A DNA stretch of 59,754 bases from Candidatus Omnitrophota bacterium (GTDB taxonomy: Bacteria; Omnitrophota; Gorgyraeia; Gygaellales; Profunditerraquicolaceae). Positions 8,763 through 16,974 of the stretch are shown here, one piece after another (position 1 is the stretch's first letter; each line of letters starts with the position of its first letter). The stretch lies in assembly GCA_043823435.1 (NCBI GenBank), contig JBDRAV010000002.1:1-59754 (forward strand), given 5' to 3'. A model generated the notes under the pieces. That model saw nothing but the letters and a program-made list of their open reading frames with translations. It did not search any database and was not told where the DNA came from. The position numbers were made by a program, and so were the translations under genes.

Positions 8763-9803
8763 TTATAGTTTTAGTATCTGCCGGGAATAATCGGCGATAA
8801 AATTCTTATACTTGGCGCGCATCTTTGTAGAAGCATTTATGGCGAGGGCCCTGTTCAGGAACATATTGATTTCGTTCTTCGCGAACTCCGGGGTGCCTGA
8901 TTCTTTAAGAATCTTGCGTATGGTAAGCAGTTCTTTTATGCCGGCGTTATTCCCGGAGAATATCCTTTTTATGACAGATTTATTCCGGGTAGTTGCCCGT
9001 CGGTAGGCATGCCATATAAGTATGGTTTTCTTTGATTCCATAAGGTCCGTAAGCGAGGATTTACCAATTACCTTAGAGGAAGCAAAGATTCCCAGTATAT
9101 CGTCTTTTATCTGGAAGGCCCTGCCCAGAGATATCCCGAAGTCGTATAATTTACGCGTTTCTTCTTTTTTTGCTCCTGCCAGGGTCGCCCCGATGGTCAG
9201 CGGAGCGGCAAAGGTATAATTAGAGGTCTTCAAGTCGTAAATCTTATAAATTTCATCTTTGGTGATTTTGTCAATAGCTTTAGCCCCGGCCAGAAGCTCA
9301 ATAAACTCACCGCTTCCGGTATAAAACGCAGCTTCCATGAGCCTCTTAAGGGCAGCTTCTTTGCGCGAGGGGTCCTCTTTGACGGATAAGAAAGAGTGTA
9401 TAGCCATGGCATAGAGCACGTCGCCTATCACTATAGTCAGGTCTTCTCCGGTAAATTTGATGTTTTTATACTTTTTCAGCGAGTCGTTTAACATGGCGTG
9501 CATGGAGGGTTTTCCGCGGCGGGTATCGGATTTGTCGATGATATCGTCATGCACGAGCAGGAAATCATGCAGGAGTTCAAGAGAGACAGCTGCCCTGTAT
9601 AGGCCTTCAGGGGTCCTATCGGAATAGCCGCGATAGCCCAGGATGAATAAAATCGGGCGGACGCGCTTGCCTTCGCGCGAAATGAACTCTTTTATATTAT
9701 TGTAAAGGAGGGGGGAGATTTTCTTTAAGGAATAGCCGCGGTCGATATTCCCAATATATTTTTTTAATTCTCCGTCTATCCTGTTTTTTATTCCCAAAAG
9801 CAT
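8763..9803 (-). CDS. Polyprenyl diphosphate synthase (GGPP synthase-like)
   Basis: GKRVRP, LVHDDIIDKSDTRRG (first Asp-rich motif), FQIKDDIL (second); probable start ATG 9803. Confidence 0.92.
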   Translation of the reverse strand: MLLGIKNRIDGELKKYIGNIDRGYSLKKISPLLYNNIKEFISREGKRVRPILFILGYRGYSDRTPEGLYRAAVSLELLHDFLLVHDDIIDKSDTRRGKPSMHAMLNDSLKKYKNIKFTGEDLTIVIGDVLYAMAIHSFLSVKEDPSRKEAALKRLMEAAFYTGSGEFIELLAGAKAIDKITKDEIYKIYDLKTSNYTFAAPLTIGATLAGAKKEETRKLYDFGISLGRAFQIKDDILGIFASSKVIGKSSLTDLMESKKTILIWHAYRRATTRNKSVIKRIFSGNNAGIKELLTIRKILKESGTPEFAKNEINMFLNRALAINASTKMRAKYKNFIADYSRQILKL

Positions 9804-9849
9804 AGATTTATGATAACATAAAGTAAGGATATTGCAATTCAATTAAGAG

Positions 9850-10020
9850 ATGATAAATCTGTCCAAAACGCTCAAGTTAGCTTTTGTCTTCGCAAGTATC
9901 CTCCCTTTTATGTTCGGTTCATTAATCAAGAGAGACGGTTTCTATTTAGCAGGTTTTATCTTTGCTCTTTTTGACATATTGATCTGCGGAGCAGGTAGAT
10001 CCGCTTTATCGAAAAATTAA
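9850..10020 (+). pseudogene. 56-aa hydrophobic ORF, possible N-terminal remnant of a MenA/UbiA prenyltransferase
   Basis: LKLAFVFASILPFMFGSLIKRDGFYLAGFIFAL resembles MenA TM1-2; NDxxD motif absent; divergent from the polyprenyl synthase. Confidence 0.35.
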
Positions 10021-10037
10021 GAAAGGAGGTAGAAAGA

Positions 10038-10226
10038 ATGATAAACAAGGATACATGTATCGCCAACGTGGTATTCTCGACCATAGGCATACTCCTGCTT
10101 TTGGGAGCGGCTTTTGATGTTTTACCGATTGCCGATAACCTGGCTATTTTTCTTGCTGTCGTTTCTTTTATTGCCGGCAGGGCGATTAAAAAGATAGTAA
10201 AGGGCGGCAGCAGTTGCTGTAAATAA
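10038..10226 (+). CDS. Small two-TM membrane protein ending GGSSCCK
   Basis: AAAGGAGG RBS, two hydrophobic helices, followed by a terminator. Confidence 0.7.
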   Translation: MINKDTCIANVVFSTIGILLLLGAAFDVLPIADNLAIFLAVVSFIAGRAIKKIVKGGSSCCK

Positions 10227-10232
10227 AATAAT

Positions 10233-10288
10233 GGGGCCGGGGCCTTCTCTTTATATAGAGAAAAGTCCTGGTCCCGTTCTTTAATTTT
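10233..10288 (+). terminator. Probable intrinsic terminator
   Basis: GGGGCCGGGGC...GTCCTGGTCCC stem (with G-U pairs) followed by a T-rich tail. Confidence 0.55.
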
Positions 10289-10289
10289 A

Positions 10290-10318
10290 TTGAAGATATA
10301 CTTATTTTAGGTTAAAAT
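10290..10318 (+). promoter_or_regulatory. sigma70-type promoter of the antiporter gene
   Basis: TTGAAG-17nt-TAAAAT. Confidence 0.55.
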
Positions 10319-10333
10319 AGTCAAACATGATAT

Positions 10334-12052
10334 ATGAGCGAACATAATATTCTAATTTTTCTTATCCAGGTTTTTATCCTGTTGGGGCTTGCCAGGATTT
10401 CGGGTGAATTATTCCGTATCTGGAAACAACCCGCGCTTACCGCCGAGATCCTCGTTGGAGTGCTCCTGGGACCTACCATCCTGGGTCGTTTCTTTCCTGC
10501 AATCAGGCAATATATATTCCCTTCGGATCCGTATCAGGCGGTCATGCTTGAGACGATCGCGTGGCTGGGAGTATTCTTTTTTCTCCTGGAGATGGGGTTG
10601 GAGCTGGATTTCTCCAGCGCCTGGAGGCAAAGGGGGAATGCCTTAAAGATCGCGCTATCGGATATATTTATTCCTCTGGTTATCGCTTTTGTACCTGCTT
10701 TTTTTATTCCTTCTCATTACCTGGTTGATCCAGGCCAGAGGCTTATATTCGCGCTCTTTATGGCTACGGTCATGACTATCAGCGCCCTGCCTATCGCTGC
10801 TCGCGCCTTGCGCGACCTCGACATCCATAAAACCGACCTTGGCTTCCTTATTATGTCAGCCCTTTCGGTAAATGATATTATCGGATGGCTGATATTTACT
10901 TTGATATTGGGATTCTTTACCCAGACACATATAGAAATATCCAGGATCATCGTAATCCTCTTATCTACCTTGGGTTTCACCGTATTTTGCCTTACGGCAG
11001 GGAGGCGTTGGGCAGACGTAATTGTAGCCAAAATTAAGGAAAATAATATTCCTGAACCGGCCGCTTCACTTACTTTTATCTGCATTCTGGGTTTCCTTTG
11101 TGGAGCGATAACACAGAAGATAGGCATACATGCTTTATTCGGTTTCTTTGTGGCCGGAGTAATGGTCGGAGGCGCTAAGGCCTTGTCGGAGAGGACGCGC
11201 CACGTTATCTCTCAAATGGTTTATGCTATCTTTGTGCCTCTTTTCTTTGCCAGCATCGGCCTGCGAGTAGACTTTTTAAAGAATTTCGATGCCCTTCTTG
11301 TTGTGCTTGTGACTGCGATTGGCATCTTTGGTAGGTTCATAGGTGCTTGGATAGGGGTAAATTTTAGCAAGGTTTCCCGCGTGAACCGGCTGTCTATAGC
11401 GATAGCGCATACTCCCGGCGGCTCCATGGAGATAGTTGTAGGTATTTTAGCATTGCAATATAACCTGATTACCGAGCCTATATTCGTAGCCATTGTTTTT
11501 AGCGCCGTATTCTCTTCGGTCATACTCGGGCCGTGGCTAAAACACGCTGTCTCAAAGCGCGAAGAGATAAACATATTGGAATTCTTCCGGTTCCACACTG
11601 TCATTGCTGATATAAAGTCAACAGAACGAAACGGCGCTATTCAGGAACTTTGTGCAGCCGTTGCAGAACAAGGCAATACGCCTCATTATGAAACCTTGTA
11701 TCACGCGGTTTTGGGAAGGGAAAACACAATGGGTACAGCCATAGAGGAGGGCATTGCGCTTCCGCACGCGCGTATATCGCGCCTAATCAGTCCAATCGTT
11801 GCTTTTGGAAGATCGGATGCAGGGATAGAATGGAACTCTCCGGACGGAAAAGCCACCCATCTTATTTTTCTCATTTTTACTCCCAAGGAAGATGACTGGA
11901 TCCAGGTCCAGATACTGCGCATTATAGCTAAGACCATGAGCGACAGAAAGATCCAAGGCGCGCTTATGGCCGCAAGCGACCGGCATAGCATCTGGCGGGT
12001 CCTGCAGGAGGGATTTACCTTACATCAGGTAGTAAGAAAAGGGAGAAAATAG
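10334..12052 (+). CDS. CPA2 cation:proton antiporter fused to a C-terminal PTS EIIA domain
   Basis: TM domain (SALSVNDIIGW, FVPLFFASIGL) then EIIA signature RENTMGTAIEEGIALPHAR and ATHLIFLI. Confidence 0.88.
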   Translation: MSEHNILIFLIQVFILLGLARISGELFRIWKQPALTAEILVGVLLGPTILGRFFPAIRQYIFPSDPYQAVMLETIAWLGVFFFLLEMGLELDFSSAWRQRGNALKIALSDIFIPLVIAFVPAFFIPSHYLVDPGQRLIFALFMATVMTISALPIAARALRDLDIHKTDLGFLIMSALSVNDIIGWLIFTLILGFFTQTHIEISRIIVILLSTLGFTVFCLTAGRRWADVIVAKIKENNIPEPAASLTFICILGFLCGAITQKIGIHALFGFFVAGVMVGGAKALSERTRHVISQMVYAIFVPLFFASIGLRVDFLKNFDALLVVLVTAIGIFGRFIGAWIGVNFSKVSRVNRLSIAIAHTPGGSMEIVVGILALQYNLITEPIFVAIVFSAVFSSVILGPWLKHAVSKREEINILEFFRFHTVIADIKSTERNGAIQELCAAVAEQGNTPHYETLYHAVLGRENTMGTAIEEGIALPHARISRLISPIVAFGRSDAGIEWNSPDGKATHLIFLIFTPKEDDWIQVQILRIIAKTMSDRKIQGALMAASDRHSIWRVLQEGFTLHQVVRKGRK

Positions 12053-12065
12053 TAATTAATTTAGG

Positions 12066-12093
12066 TTGACAAATCCAAAAAAAGTGGTATACT
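12066..12093 (+). promoter_or_regulatory. sigma70 promoter of the cold-shock gene
   Basis: TTGACA-16nt-TATACT with an extended -10 TG. Confidence 0.8.
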
Positions 12094-12130
12094 AGGCCCA
12101 GTAGTAAATAAGAGATTAGAAAGTCTAGGG

Positions 12131-12168
12131 CCGGGAGGTTTAGAGGATCTAACCTTTCGGTTTTTTTT
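12131..12168 (+). terminator. Intrinsic terminator inside the csp 5' leader
   Basis: CCGGGAGGTT...AACCTTTCGG stem followed by T8, between promoter and start codon. Confidence 0.7.
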
Positions 12169-12216
12169 GTTTCTGTCGTTATTTACTATAATTTTCTAGA
12201 AAGGAGGTAGTAAATA

Positions 12217-12417
12217 ATGGCAAAAGGTAAAGTGAAGTGGTTCTCGAACCAGAAAGGTTACGGATTTATCACCCCTGAATCAGGCAATGATGTGTTTGTG
12301 CATCATAGCGCTATTCAAGGCGATGGTTATAAGTCTTTAGCCGATGGTGAGGAAGTTGAGTTTGAGGTGGAACAAGGACCTAAAGGCGAACAAGCTACAA
12401 AAGTAGTAAAGTTATAA
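12217..12417 (+). CDS. cspA: Cold-shock protein (CspA family)
   Basis: [15 protein letters not shown] (RNP1), DVFVHHSAI (RNP2), [11 protein letters not shown]. Confidence 0.97.
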   Translation: MAKGKVKWFSNQKGYGFITPESGNDVFVHHSAIQGDGYKSLADGEEVEFEVEQGPKGEQATKVVKL

Positions 12418-12431
12418 CCTTAAAAAATAAC

Positions 12432-12465
12432 AACCCGGTTCTATTAGGGAGCCGGGTTTATTTTT
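12432..12465 (+). terminator. Intrinsic terminator after cspA
   Basis: AACCCGGTTC...GAGCCGGGTT stem then TATTTTT. Confidence 0.75.
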
Positions 12466-12475
12466 AAGCTAGGAC

Positions 12476-12817
12476 ACAGCTTACTCGTACTTCCCGCTGA
12501 TCATGTAAATTATAAGGCGGTCCCCCCGCATTTATCTAAGGTAGATGAGCGGGGCGTACTCGTAAGTTGTGGGTATCAAACCTACCCTCCTTTTATGTTT
12601 ATTAATAAGGAGGGAGGTTAATCGTCCTTCGCTTTGCTTAAGGAATCGGGGACGATTCTAAAACGAAGTAAAGAACCTAGCCCATACAACTTACTCGCAC
12701 TATCGTGCTCGTAAGTTGTGGGTATCAAGCCTACCCTCCTTTTATGTTTATTAATAAGGAGGGAGGTTAATTCGCCCAAACAACTTACTCATACTGTCGT
12801 ATTCGTAAGTTGTGGGC
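12476..12817. repeat. Modular hairpin array between two cold-shock genes
   Basis: Three ACA(A/G)CTTAC-TC-stem...stem-TC-GTAAGTTGT modules; 64-nt direct repeat 12559-12622 / 12708-12771 with 63 of 64 identical. Confidence 0.9.
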
Positions 12818-12837
12818 TCATTAAACAGGAGGAGTTG

Positions 12838-13044
12838 ATGCACACAGGAAAGATCAAGAAGTTGGTTCGTGACAGGGGTTTTGGGTTTATCAGTGATACG
12901 GACGGCAGGGAAGTATTTTTTCATCAGTCAAGCCTTCTGGATGCTAAATTCGATATTTTGAACGAAGAGCAGTCAGTAGAGTTTGAGATAGAGCAGTCTC
13001 CAAAGGGCCCGCGCGCCATCAACGTACGCATCACGCAACAATAA
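12838..13044 (+). CDS. Second cold-shock domain protein
   Basis: DRGFGFI, EVFFHQSS, VEFEIEQSPKGPRA; ATG 12838 after AGGAGG (the 12718 start in the track runs through repeats). Confidence 0.92.
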   Translation: MHTGKIKKLVRDRGFGFISDTDGREVFFHQSSLLDAKFDILNEEQSVEFEIEQSPKGPRAINVRITQQ

Positions 13045-13059
13045 TAATCTTCTATAGTT

Positions 13060-14346
13060 ATGAAGGTAGCATTGATTGAACCGGCCTCGTCAGCGGCAAA
13101 TGTATATAGTAAGCTGCACATGCCGCTTTTGGGGCCGATATATCTGGGGACCATTCTTAAGGATAAGGGCCATGATGTCCGTATTTACAACGAGGATATA
13201 CACAGGCCCGATTACTCCCGGTTAGATGCCGATATAATAGGTATCTCTATCCTGACCTCAACCGCCAAACGCGGCTATGAGATAGCCGGGAAGTTCCCTA
13301 AAGAGAAAGTAATCATCGGAGGCGTGCACGCCAGCCTCTTACCTGATGAAGCGCTGCAATTCGCCAGGCAGGTAGTTGTCGGAGAAGCCGAAGAGGTAAT
13401 AGCGGATGTGGTGGGGGGGCTGAATAAAGAAGCAATTGTTTATGGTAAGCCGCCGAAGGACCTGGACACCCTGCCCTATCCGGATTTTTCTTTGATCGAG
13501 GGCTATAAATCATTCCCTTTGATCATGCCCATATCTACTTCAAGGGGGTGCCCTTTTGACTGTATTTTTTGTTCCGTGACCAAGATGTTCGGCCGCGAAT
13601 ACCGGTTCCGTAGCTCCGAGAATGTCATCCAGGAGTTGGAATTAAGGAATACAAGGTCATTCTTCTTCTGTGATGATAATTTCACCGCGCATCCTAAGCG
13701 CACGCGTACGTTGCTTGAGCTTATGCTAAAGCGTAAAATCCCGAGCTGGAGCTGCCAGGTGCGTTGCGACGCCGCGAAAGACGATGAGCTCGTGGGGCTG
13801 ATGGCGCGGGCCGGATGCAGCGTGGTCTGCGTGGGTTTTGAATCCATTAATCAGAAGACGCTCCAGTCTTATCAAAAGAAACAAAGCGTTGAGGATATAA
13901 TAAATGCCATCCGTTCTTTCCGCAAGAAGAAGATCAGGATCCACGGGATGTTTGTCCTTGGGGGCGATGATGACAACGAGAATACTATATGGGATACCCT
14001 TAAGTTCGCCGTAAAACAAAAGATAGATACCATCCAGATGATGATTCTTACGCCGGTTCCGGGTACAAAGTTCCATGAGGAGATGAAGAAGCAAAAGCGG
14101 ATCTTAAGCCACGACTGGAGCCTTTATGACGGACAGCATGTTGTCTTTAAGCCTAAATTGTTATCCGCCAAAGAGCTTCAAATGAGCGTAATCGGAGCAT
14201 ACACCAGGTTTTATTCTCTTTCCAAATCCTTATCTCTACTTATAAGGTTGCGTTTTCGTAACGCCATGTTCCGTTTCATAGGATATAGAATTATTCATGA
14301 ATGGATCAGGCGTAACCATAAGATGCATTGGTTATTACAGATTTAA
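13060..14346 (+). CDS. Cobalamin-binding radical SAM protein
   Basis: PLLGPIYLG, IIGGVHAS, TSRGCPFDCIFC, FFFCDDNF, VGFES. Confidence 0.9.
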   Translation: MKVALIEPASSAANVYSKLHMPLLGPIYLGTILKDKGHDVRIYNEDIHRPDYSRLDADIIGISILTSTAKRGYEIAGKFPKEKVIIGGVHASLLPDEALQFARQVVVGEAEEVIADVVGGLNKEAIVYGKPPKDLDTLPYPDFSLIEGYKSFPLIMPISTSRGCPFDCIFCSVTKMFGREYRFRSSENVIQELELRNTRSFFFCDDNFTAHPKRTRTLLELMLKRKIPSWSCQVRCDAAKDDELVGLMARAGCSVVCVGFESINQKTLQSYQKKQSVEDIINAIRSFRKKKIRIHGMFVLGGDDDNENTIWDTLKFAVKQKIDTIQMMILTPVPGTKFHEEMKKQKRILSHDWSLYDGQHVVFKPKLLSAKELQMSVIGAYTRFYSLSKSLSLLIRLRFRNAMFRFIGYRIIHEWIRRNHKMHWLLQI

Positions 14347-14348
14347 AC

Positions 14349-14377
14349 TTGACCATTCAGCGATCCTGCAGTAAAAT
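14349..14377 (+). promoter_or_regulatory. sigma70-type promoter
   Basis: TTGACC-17nt-TAAAAT. Confidence 0.6.
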
Positions 14378-14468
14378 ATTTTAAAATTGCGGGGAAGCGA
14401 AAAGATGGTTAAGAACAGAAAAAAACTTAAGGCAACTCTCTAAAAATATGCGGGTTGCCTTTATTATT

Positions 14469-14686
14469 GCCCGGCAGGGCACGCCAAATAATCAGATATA
14501 TTTGGGCGTTAGCCCGGCAGGGCACGCCAAATAATCAGATATATTTGGGCGTTAGCCCGGCAGGGCACGCCAAATAATCAGATATATTTGGGCGTTAGCC
14601 CGGCAGGGCACACCCAACAATCCCGCCGCAGAAGGCGGCGTACCCACCAATCCGATATGGTGGAGTGGGTATATGTTGGGCGTTAG
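14469..14686. repeat. Tandem 43-bp double-hairpin repeat (three identical copies plus one expanded copy)
   Basis: GCCCGGCAGGGCACGCCAAATAATCAGATATATTTGGGCGTTA at 14469, 14512 and 14555; the fourth unit keeps the arms (CCCAACA/TGTTGGG) around a longer insert. Confidence 0.92.
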
Positions 14687-14700
14687 AGGGGGAGGCAGGC

Positions 14701-15038
14701 ATGCGGTTAGAAGAACTAAAAGGTAAGCTCGTGCTCTTAAAGTTTGCCGAGGAGATAAAAGGTGATTTGTCTCTTTTTCAGATTTACAAAGATGAAATAT
14801 GGGCGGTGGTGACCGGGATTGAAGACGTGGGTATATGGATAGAGAATCCGTCGTATGAGCTCGGGGTCTGGTGGGATGATAAAGGCGACTTAACCCCCCC
14901 GGTAAACAGGTAAAAGAAAAGGTGAAGACCGATATCCTTATTGCCTGGCGTTTTATAAAGGGCCTGATGAGCGTTGAAGATGAGCGCTTCCAGAGAGTAA
15001 AGAGCGATAAGCTTCCGGGGTTCCAGGCCTATAAATAA
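14701..15038 (+). pseudogene. Small hypothetical protein gene interrupted by a frameshift at a C7 tract
   Basis: ORF 14701-14913 stops just after C7 (14894-14900); the -1 frame continues GKQVKEKVKTDILIAWRFIKGLMSVEDERFQRVKSDKLPGFQAYK to TAA 15038. Confidence 0.6.
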
Positions 15039-15051
15039 AATAAGCTTAAAG

Positions 15052-15882
15052 ATGATTATCCGGCTACTATTCCTTATAGTATTACTTATCACTACCCTTG
15101 TCTTCGGTATTAAATATATCGAGACCCGGGGTATATTTTATCCTGCGAGGGATATTACTTGCTATCCGTCCGACCTGGGCATGCCTTTTGAAGACATCTA
15201 TGTAAAAACTAAGGATGGAGTGACAATCAACGGGTGGTTTATCCCGCAGAAGAGCGCAAGATATACGCTGCTCTTTTTCCACGGAAACGCCGGAAATATC
15301 CAGCACAGGCTGGATAAGTTGCTTATCCTTCGGGAAACAGGGGCGAATATATTTATCATAGATTACAGGGGGTTTGGCAAGAGTAGCGGCAGACTTATGG
15401 AGGAGGGTTTTTATCTTGACGCTGATTCCGCCTGCAAGTATCTTACGAAAGCGCGGGGGATAAGTCCCGAAGAGGTCATCCTTTACGGGGAATCATTGGG
15501 GACGGCAGTAGCCATAGATCTTGCTTCAAGAACAAAGGTCGCAGCCGTAATGCTGGAGGGGGCGTTTTCCAGCGGCCGGGATATGGCAAAGAAAATATAT
15601 CCTTTTCTCCCCGTATTCATTTTCGCGAAGAAATTCGATTCCCTGAAGAAGATAAATGGCGTAACGGCTCCCAAGCTGTTCATTCATAGCATAAATGACG
15701 AGATGGTCCCTTTCGCGTTCGCCGGTAAACTTTATCAGGCTGCCCCGGCCCCCAAGGAGCTCGTAGAACTGACCGGGGGGCACAATACTGCTTTCCTGGA
15801 TTCCAGAGAAAAGTATATTTCTTCCATAAGCGGATTTATAAGGAGGCTTCATGAAGGTAAGGATTTATTACCATCACACTGA
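15052..15882 (+). CDS. Alpha/beta hydrolase (BEM46/ABHD13-like)
   Basis: FFHGNAGN, IDYRGFGKS, LYGESLG nucleophile, IHSINDEMVP, GGHN. Confidence 0.9.
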   Translation: MIIRLLFLIVLLITTLVFGIKYIETRGIFYPARDITCYPSDLGMPFEDIYVKTKDGVTINGWFIPQKSARYTLLFFHGNAGNIQHRLDKLLILRETGANIFIIDYRGFGKSSGRLMEEGFYLDADSACKYLTKARGISPEEVILYGESLGTAVAIDLASRTKVAAVMLEGAFSSGRDMAKKIYPFLPVFIFAKKFDSLKKINGVTAPKLFIHSINDEMVPFAFAGKLYQAAPAPKELVELTGGHNTAFLDSREKYISSISGFIRRLHEGKDLLPSH

Positions 15883-16240
15883 TTGCGGTAAGGTGGTCTA
15901 TTACGGGAAATACCTGGAGTTCCTTGAGGAGGCACGTACGGAATTTTTCGACGAGAGAGGATTGTCTATCAAGGAGTTAGAGAACAGGGGGGTGTTATTC
16001 GTAGTTGCGCGGCAGGAGATCGATTATAAATATCCCGCTTTTTACGGGGATATTCTGCATATTGATACCAGGATCTATAATATTTCTTCAGTAAAAATCG
16101 AATTCGAATATGAAATCAGTAACCAGGATAATAAAAAAGTTTCAATAGCAAAAACAGTCATGGTTTGCGTGAGCCGCGATTTCAAGCCGCAGTCCATGCC
16201 GGAAGAGATACGCGAGAAACTCTCCGGAAAGAAGGCGTAA
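15851..16240 (+). CDS. Acyl-CoA thioesterase (YbgC/FadM family)
   Basis: RIYYHHTDCGKVVYYGKYLEFLEEARTE hotdog-fold motif. Confidence 0.88.
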   Translation: MKVRIYYHHTDCGKVVYYGKYLEFLEEARTEFFDERGLSIKELENRGVLFVVARQEIDYKYPAFYGDILHIDTRIYNISSVKIEFEYEISNQDNKKVSIAKTVMVCVSRDFKPQSMPEEIREKLSGKKA

Positions 16241-16243
16241 GTA

Positions 16244-16948
16244 ATGAAAATATCCGTCAAGACTGCCCTGTTTTTTATTTTTTTCTTTAGCGCGATATCA
16301 GGGGCTGGGGCAGATACGGTTTATCTTAAGAACGGACGACAGATAAAAGGTATTATTAAACAGATGAATGATGAATTCCTGGAATTAGGGGTAGGTTCGG
16401 GGACGGTAAAGTTTTACCTCCAGGAGATTTTACGCGTGAAACGCTCTTCGCAGGATGAAAACCAGCTGATGAAGGGCCATTGGGATAGTGAGCGCTTAAG
16501 AAAAGAAGAAGAACTTAAAACCCGCCGGCAGCAGGAAGAGGAAGCCAGGGAAGCTATGCCAAAAGACGCTAAGGCCAGCCGTAGAGGGGACCATCTTTTT
16601 GTAAATGCGCTATTAAACAAGAAGGTGAATGCCAGGCTTCTGGTTGATACCGGTGCTTCGTTTGTTGTGCTTTCTCCCGCCATAGTGAAGAAATTGAATA
16701 TAAACACAGAGAAGAAGGATTCACCCCAAATAAAAATAACGGTGGCAGACGGCAGGGAGATCTTGGGTAAATATTTCAAGCTGGAAAGCATCAGTATAGG
16801 GGAGGCTACGGCAGAAGGCGTTGACGCTTCGATAATCTTTGAAGAGGACGCTTTTACTGATTTTGACGGGATCCTCGGGATGTCATTTCTGAAATTATTT
16901 AAATTCGCAATCGATCTTGATGGAAACAGGCTTATTTTGCAAAAATAA
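16244..16948 (+). CDS. Secreted clan AA (retroviral-like) aspartyl protease
   Basis: Signal peptide; LLVDTGASFVVL and GILGMSFL. Confidence 0.85.
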   Translation: MKISVKTALFFIFFFSAISGAGADTVYLKNGRQIKGIIKQMNDEFLELGVGSGTVKFYLQEILRVKRSSQDENQLMKGHWDSERLRKEEELKTRRQQEEEAREAMPKDAKASRRGDHLFVNALLNKKVNARLLVDTGASFVVLSPAIVKKLNINTEKKDSPQIKITVADGREILGKYFKLESISIGEATAEGVDASIIFEEDAFTDFDGILGMSFLKLFKFAIDLDGNRLILQK

Positions 16949-16974
16949 TGAATTTTTTAGAGGAGGTAATTTAA

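Noticed and set aside
9770-9782. Additional CGTCTAT copy of the ECF motif
   Set aside because: It lies inside a coding region, with no GTTAGA box at the required distance
12476-12817. CRISPR-like array or tRNA
   Set aside because: Only 2-3 unequal modules, no constant repeat-spacer period, and no cloverleaf or T-loop/CCA signature
12718-12837. N-terminal extension of the second Csp
   Set aside because: It is read-through of repeat DNA; the AGGAGG RBS points to ATG 12838
14469-14597. CRISPR array
   Set aside because: The 43-bp units are contiguous with no unique spacers, and there are no cas genes in the window
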